Notes under the pieces: model-generated
Seen by the model: only the letters and a program-made list of their open reading frames with translations
Databases searched by the model: none
What the model was told of the DNA's origin: nothing
Position numbers and translations under genes: made by a program
Assembly: GCA_963924565.1 (NCBI GenBank)
Contig: OZ004609.1
Coordinates: 32,240,001-32,304,000, forward strand
Length of the DNA stretch: 64,000 nucleotides
Origin: Ascidiella aspersa
Taxonomy: Eukaryota
Direction of reading: 5' to 3'
In this document: positions 56,867 to 64,000 of the stretch, one piece after another
Layout: each line of letters begins with the position of its first letter
How positions within the stretch are numbered: position 1 is the first letter of the stretch

Positions 56867-59782
56867 CTGCTTAATAAATTATTATAGTGAACAAAAGTGT
56901 TTCTAGGTAAATCTGTAAAAATAAATTTTACGAAAAGCAAAGAAAGGTTTAATAACCTTTTTGGTGGACAAAAAATAAATAAATAAAAAAAAAAAGTCAA
57001 AATGATGTAACCTGACCAAGAGAGTAAATAACCACAAATCGTAAAAACTTAAAAAACAGCAGTCCGCCGTTCCTGTAAAAGCAATGTGGACATGGCCACT
57101 TCAAACGGCGATTTTTATTGACCTGTCATCGCGCCATTCTCCCATATCCTACGTGGGTCGTTTATAACTTTTTCACCTTGTTTTAGTTCCGTTTCTCCGT
57201 CGCCCAAACCTTAAACGACGAAATAACAACTCTAAAAGTAGATTGGCGTGACGCGTTATGGCGCAATGCCTATTTTTAGCACTGAAAAAACGGCAGAGAA
57301 TTATGACAGTTTCAGAGTGGAAACGTATCATGTTAAGTCGACAATCTGTAAAAATAAACCTTGGAAAACTGGGACAACCTGGTTTTAGGTTTGTGGCTGA
57401 TTTTAACCGAACTACGCAAAAACGCGGAAAGTTAGGTTAGTCTACTTTTTAGAGTTTCTAATTTAAGTTTCTAATTTTAACACCGTAAAGTCACCAAAAC
57501 AGCACAGAAAGGCAAATACCAACGCCTACATTATCACTCTTTCTTAGCCGTGTTTAAAAGGTATTTTTACGAATGATAAATATACTTACGATGATAAATC
57601 TTGCAAAAATATTTAACTGGATTTATCGCGACGAATTCCAACCTACTCAATCGCACGGTTATCTATCTTCATAGAGGACGACACGTCATTTCTAATTCCC
57701 AGGCTTAATTCCTGGTATGTACGTACCCGAAAATGCACCCCTAGCCAAGGGCCCCAAAGCCAGAAAGTGAGAGGTCTAATGGCGCGATAGTGATCACTCA
57801 ATGACGCAAAATTCGTCGCGGCATCGCGAAATCTTATCGCCGAGTCGTGAGGCCTCTGCGCCCAACCAAATTCCCTTTCGTCCGCAGTAAGCCCCGCTAA
57901 GCACTCAGGGCTCGGATGCCTTTTGCCGTCAAACGGCCAGTTTTGTTGGCCGGTTTAAAAAGAGCGGCTCCCGTTTCGTTACAGTATTTCGTGCATTTTT
58001 AATCAAGCAAAGTGCTAAAAAAATGCTCGGAAAGTTGGCGGGAAACTGAAGAGCCTTCGAAGGGTTAAAACCTACGACAAAAGAATGGAAAATAACCAAA
58101 AAATCACGGTTAAAAAATAGGGCCTGGCCCCTTGTAATGCGGCCGTCTAAATCCAGCGATTTGCCGCCCAGAGTCGCTCGGCTTTTCGCGTTACCGCCGC
58201 AAATCGGGCTGACGTCGGCCGCTATTAATAGCGCTTATGTTATGTATCGGCGCGCTGGCAATCGCGCCCGGCCGCGATCCCCGTCGGCGGCGGCATTGTG
58301 ACGTAAGACAAGGTCGCTGCGTCACCGAGGCGCGCACAACAAACGTCCCAGTGTGTGTGCACGGACGGAATAGTTAAACGCACGATCGTCAGTGCTCAGA
58401 AGGGGCTTAACAACCGCTAACTTCTGCCTCTGACTCTGTGTTGGATTGTGAGCGAGAGAGAAGTAGGTTTACCTGTGTTTTTTTGTTTGAAAATGCTCGG
58501 TCTATTTTACTGAGGCCTAAAGAGCACATAATACTTACTAACACACGCACTTGTGCGTTTTCATTGCGATTATCACGTATAGCCCCCCAAATTTTTTTCG
58601 CAACTTGCTGCTTTAGTTGCTTCTTTATTCTTACTTTGACACGATAGAGCACAGTTGTGCGAAAGCTTGTCGGTATTTCAGTGTGGTATGTATTTTTCAC
58701 AAATACTACCTGATTTACAGGTTTTGAATTCCACAAATATAGCAACTAAATTTTCATATAGCAATTGTTCATACCATTTGCTTATTATTTAAAAAAAACA
58801 ATCAATGCCAAGTATATGTCCAAACCTGATCGTTTAAGAGCTTACGTATAGTGAAAGTCATCTTTTATAATTGTCGATTCATAAAGAACAAACCCACTTT
58901 GTTACGTCATACGCGCACAATGCAAATCTCGTCGGTTCAAAACGAACAGATCGCAAAATGTAGGGTTAATGGGTTTCTAAAGCGGATAAAAAGCTTCCGT
59001 AGGAGCCAAATTTTGTTTAAGTGTGCCCGCAGAATCAATCTTTCGAATTTGATGTCCAGATTACACAGGCAAGCAACTGTATTCTGTAGACACTGTCAAC
59101 AGCAGGGCGTGTAACGACAACCACCGCAAGTTAAAATCCAGAGGCGACGGTGTCGTATTTCAGTCGCCTTACGCAATCGCGACGTTTCCCAGACGCAAAA
59201 GAAAGCGACGAGGCGGTGACTTTGTTGCAAGAAATAACGCATAACGTAACGGCAGCTAACGGTTAACTTATTGGACTAAACGGGAACTTGTATCAGTATA
59301 TATAAGAGGTTGCACTAATAAAAAAACAAGCCTAGTAGCAGTTTATATATAAGAGGTTGTATTAGTCGTCAGTTCAGTTACACTCGATCGTAAAAACTCG
59401 TTTAGTACGATATTAAGCGTACGCGGTGAAAATCGTAAAGCCCCATAGCCCCATAACCCCATACCACACACACACGCATAAATGGGGCTGTTAAAGCACG
59501 TGTCTGCTGCTGCTGCTGCCTCTTAAAACGCCCCGGTACGAATGGCAGGGGTTTTATGATGAACAAATACGACAGGGCGTTTATTAGCTCTTACGGCATA
59601 TAACCCGCTTGGTTGTAAGCAACAACATGATGCCTTGATGTGAAGAAAATCTACTGAACAGCGGTATTAGATTAGCCCGAAGTTCCATAGATTCAAAGCT
59701 CAATTCGCTCTTTTTTTTCGATTGGGACTAGCATGGATATTTTAAAGAGATTCCTATTAAGAGCATAATCGCTGGGTAAGAC

Positions 59783-59918
59783 GTACTAAGAATGTCAAAG
59801 CACATATAAGAAGTCGGTATAGCATTTTAAACATTTCGATGATGTTGAGAATGAATAAAGAGATATTCGATACGTTCAGAATGCTACCCACTTCTGTATG
59901 AGCTTAGAGATTCCTATT
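59783..59918. mobile_element. Fold-back MITE, same family
   Basis: Arms homologous to 36743-36869; half copies near 20897-20949 and 28498-28550. Confidence 0.65.
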
Positions 59919-59987
59919 TCCAATAAAATTTTGGTGCGGTACTTTTAACAGTTAAATCTTTTGCGCATTTTTCACACAATGTTCCAT

Positions 59988-60102
59988 AGGGCGCGAGTTC
60001 AATTCTCGCCCCAACTTTGTGCCAGCCGGTTGCGATTTAGACATTTTTATCCCTATTTTGGTAAGTTAATAAGTTAATGTGGGCAACAACCGCCAACTGT
60101 CT
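59988..60102 (+). mobile_element. SINE-like fragment
   Basis: T-arm-like GCGAGTTCAATTCTCGC followed by a non-tRNA body. Confidence 0.3.
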
Positions 60103-63100
60103 TAAACCACATTTTCCTTTTTGGGGGTGGGTGGGTGGGGAATTCGCCCAAACTTGTTTGAATTATATGTTGTAGAGCAATTTTTTATTCAAGCATAAAA
60201 TGATTTACCGGATTTTAAATTCCTTTTATCTTCAGGCAAAAATGTTTTTTTTTGGTTAAGTTCAGAATGATAAGTTGTGACAAAAAATGCAACAAAAACG
60301 GGGACAAAAAACAGGAGCTGTTTTTAATCGACGCGCCCTTGTCGTCACAACACGGGCCTCCGTCGCCAAAGGGTTAAAGCACACACAAGCGCACCAAAGC
60401 ACACACACACACACGCGTGCGTTCGCGCGCGAGCACACCTGCCTTCGCGGAGGAGACGCCAACGCCTTGAAAATCAATATTTTTTTACAGTATAAACGCG
60501 AAGCGTGCGGCCTATTCCCGCATACCTATATATATGCTTCTGCTGATGCTCAGGTAACCTTTGTAACGCTCTCGATTATGAGCTACTGTAGCGACTGCTT
60601 TTTTTCTGGAGAAAAGGGTTGTGTTAACAAGTTGGGGGTGGCCGATATCCGATCCGATACAAAATGCAAGTGTGCGTTTCTGCCATTAATTGTGATCCAA
60701 CGCACTCTCAAAATAGAAAATTCCATAATAAGTAGTGAAATAACAGTCAAAAGTAGCCTAGCTTATCAACACTCACATTTTAGCCAAACTACCGGAAATT
60801 TCAATAAGTACATTAGGATTTTATCAACTCGAAGTGTTTCGCCACAGTGATGAATTTATTTGATATCGAAACGAACGGTTGTACTTTACGGAAAAATATC
60901 GGGTATCTGTATCGCAATTAATCACGATTATCGGACATTATTTCCGTTAAGTTGAGGCCAAACTAATATGACAGAGAACCAGGGACACCAGTGGGTAACT
61001 TAAGATAAGTTACACAACCTTGTCGCGGTTTATCAATTCCGTTGTTGTCCTTAATGGATTGATTTCAGCAAATCAGCGATGATCTCAGTATACCAAAAAA
61101 ACAACAATGCAAACTCATCGACAGAATGCGTTTCAGCTTAGGGCGAAAGTTACACCGAATCATCTGGAGTCGGATCACAACACAAAGAATGAAACGCTAT
61201 ACTTCAAACAAAGCTATCGCTTTCTGAAATACAACAACGGGCTTTTCTGTTTTCGTAATTCGATATCGGCAGCAGCTCTTCTCGGTAAAACGTAAAGACA
61301 CGACATACAATAGGAACATGTCGCACAGTTCGTGACATTACGTTTTCCGTAAAAGTCAAAGACACTTAAGTAGGTTCTAAATAAGTACGGAACTTTATAT
61401 CGCAAATCAAAGGCACCTCAGTTGAAATACTAACAACTACGGTATTTTAGGTTCAAAAAATGGGTTGAAATAGCGCTTATTTTCCCGTTGGAGGATAGCA
61501 AACATTCAAGGCTCCAAATTAAACCCCGTGGCAACGACAGGCTGCAATCTCTAGTCATGAGTGTATTTGCCTCTTGGGCACTTGATTTGGTCAAGAGAGA
61601 TATCGGATGCCGTAGAACGGCGCGATATGTCGAGTGGGTATACAGGCTTAAAAAACAGACTGAGTGGCCCGATTGCCTTCAACTGCCAAGAATTTGCTCA
61701 AGTGTTTACATCCCCACTGGAAGTTTCGGCTTTAGTAATCAAGTGCTCGCATCTAGTCGCCGAGGAGCCCAATTAAGGCCGGCTGATAACGCTGTAAATA
61801 AAACTGTGGCTTAAGCTGAGTTGGGCGATAATGACCAGCGGTGATTCGCAAACACAAGTGTGTCGCGTGAGATTTGTAATTTTGCCGCGAAACTTCTAGA
61901 ATGTTTGGAAACTAACCTGCATTACTAATATATGTGAGCACCAAAGCGAGACTTGAATGTACATAATCTAATAAGCTGATAAAATGTATGATATTCATCT
62001 ATTTTTCTAGTTGTGTATTAAGCGCGAATGCTAAGTTATGTTACTATATACTTTGGTGCACTATGCACGGAGCTGTAATGTAGCTTAATAAAATATTGCA
62101 AAGACAAAAACGAAACGTCTTAATCAGAATGCCAACTCTATCCTTTTGGCTTTGCAATTTATTACCAAGCTATATCATGTTATACTGTTTTGCAGAAAGT
62201 GTCGCGCGAATTTTGCTCTGAAATTTCAAGTGTGCAGCAAGCTAAAGAAGTTGACAACGTACGTTAAACGTAAATGTGGGGGTGGCGCATTGAGCTCGAA
62301 ATTTGAAACGATTGCTCAAAAGGCGGACATTGAAAATGTTGTTTCGGCTAAAAGGTTTCTATTTGTCGACGGGGGGAAAGATGTATATGGAAGGCAGTCA
62401 AAACTTGGCCGAAGCAAAGATAATCCGATAAACACGTTCGCCCGGGTCGGAGAGCAAGAGGTGTACAATACACGCGCTAATACCCTTTCGCTCCCGGCTA
62501 AGTGAACAGAATTCCGGACAAGGCGCCGCCACAAAGGCCCGACTTATGACTCTTGTCAGCTGCCTACGAAGGGCACTTGACAAATGGAAAAGCCATAAGG
62601 GTCCAGAATACGTTACGTGGCCGATTTTCTTGTTTTGCAGAACTCTTATTGGAAATCTGGGGCACAGAAACGGAAAAGCCCTTTTTCTTTTTAAGAAGCC
62701 ATGTGAAATTTGTTTTGGCCAAATGGTGAAAACAACAAGCTTTGTTGTAAAAAAGACCAAACGAACCAAAACAAAAACAGTCTGCTGACGAATTTTAAAC
62801 GTTAAGTGCAAACATCTTCAAATAAGCATGGCGTAGAGGTAGGTTGAACAAGGACAATTTTAAGAATAGCTTGAGAACTTTAACTTGATTAAGATAAAAA
62901 CATCAACTTTAGAAACGAAGTGCTTGTAAAAAAATACGTATTTAATTTGTTGTCGCTAAATCTTTGGAAAACTTTCTTGTTTTTGAGCTCTTTTCGCAAC
63001 CATGTAGAAATCTATGTCTTACCAGGCTTTGTACTTTCTTAATCGACGTCGTTTTATGTGTCGCAGCAATACCACAGGGCTATTGTATTCTTAATTTGCC

Positions 63101-63669
63101 AAACAACAGCCAGACAAGGGAAACTGTAAAACTTAACCACGTCGAACGAGGCAAACAACACGACAGTAAACTTTAGACTTTCCTGTCTTAATCAAAGTCA
63201 GTCACTTATAGGACAAAAATATTACACCACAAAACAAAGCATCATCAATCTCTTATTCAAATACAATGATTCTATAATTCTGTTTGAGGGCGAGGAGAAA
63301 TCTTCTTACCATACACAGTCAGATTGCCACAAACACCACAACAGTGCTTATTGCTCGTTGCCATTAGATTGAGTGCGCATCACGAGAGCATTCTGAGCTC
63401 TTGCTGCAGGGTCGTAAGGGTTTTAACAAAGCGCACACAAAAAGGCTTGTCTTGTCCCCGCGCTTATAATACACAGGCGTGAAAGCGGATTTTGGCATAC
63501 TTGGAATTTCGGCTGGGGCGAGGCGAACACGTGACAGCATTATTTTGCTGGGGCTTGAATAAAACATCGAAGCTATTTGGGGCGTGTGTGGGTATCTAAA
63601 CTGACAAAAAAGACCTCAGCACGGTTGCCTAAGCATTAATCCGATGCGAAATTTGTATAGGGGTTTAAG

Positions 63670-63825
63670 CAGTGTTTTTTAACGCCTTGCAGGGATTCCT
63701 AACCTTCTTCTTCACGTGCAGTGAAGTATTTCTACAAGTCCAATTACCTCCATGTCAACCTACAGGTTTTTAACAAACTAATTTTTCAAAGTATAGAAAT
63801 CACTGCGTTGGGTTAAAAAACACCG
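63670..63825. mobile_element. Probable MITE
   Basis: CAGTGTTTTTTAAC / GTTAAAAAACACCG inverted ends; no TSD seen. Confidence 0.5.
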
Positions 63826-64000
63826 CTTGACACTCCTATACAAATTTGGCATCCCATAGCCAGTAGCGATCCTAGCACTTGGCATCGGGTATATTCTCCG
63901 ATCATTTAATATCGGTTGAAGTACGAAACGAGATGTACGAGGATGGATTTTTCATGTTTGCCCACGGCTGTCCTGTTTTCCAGTTAACGTAATTCCATGT

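Noticed and set aside
58047-58072. Hammerhead-like CTGAAGA-hairpin-AAAAC (also TTGATGA...GAAACGTC at 24301-24330)
   Set aside because: Catalytic core incomplete (no GAAA, or no CUGA) and no retroelement context
61214-61405. Cys-rich peptide NCATCSYCMSC as a possible CRIM1/IGFBP exon
   Set aside because: Spacing does not fit IGFBP, vWC or antistasin; no splice support

Overview
Eukaryotic (animal) genomic DNA with GT-AG introns. It is probably from an invertebrate chordate such as a tunicate; this is an inference from vertebrate-like proteins, mostly short AT-rich introns, many hAT-type MITEs and patchy CpG content. Almost all six-frame ORFs are spurious. Two spliced genes lie head-to-tail on the minus strand, and I reconstructed both exon chains by hand with consistent phases. 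(1) CRIM1 (BMP regulator): 14 coding exons from 49145 to the stop at 19507, encoding Cys-rich repeats with an RGD motif, 6 vWC repeats, 4 antistasin repeats, a TM segment and a tail ending PVQV. Its signal/IGFBP exons were not found and presumably lie beyond 64000. (2) RPGRIP1L/fantom (ciliary transition zone): 21 coding exons from ATG 15096 to 1055 (866 codons; coiled coils and two C2 domains), continuing past position 1. Introns carry hAT MITEs with 8-bp TSDs, fold-back elements, SINE-like fragments, tandem repeats, and a Penelope-like retroelement 3' fragment with a minimal hammerhead ribozyme. I see no clear wholly new system. The best leads are the hammerhead, an apparently truncated vWC2 and a candidate extra exon in CRIM1, the CRIM1-RPGRIP1L junction (operon versus CTCF/CpG-rich promoter), and several splice-site oddities. 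Protein comparisons are to human sequences from memory; no searches were run.
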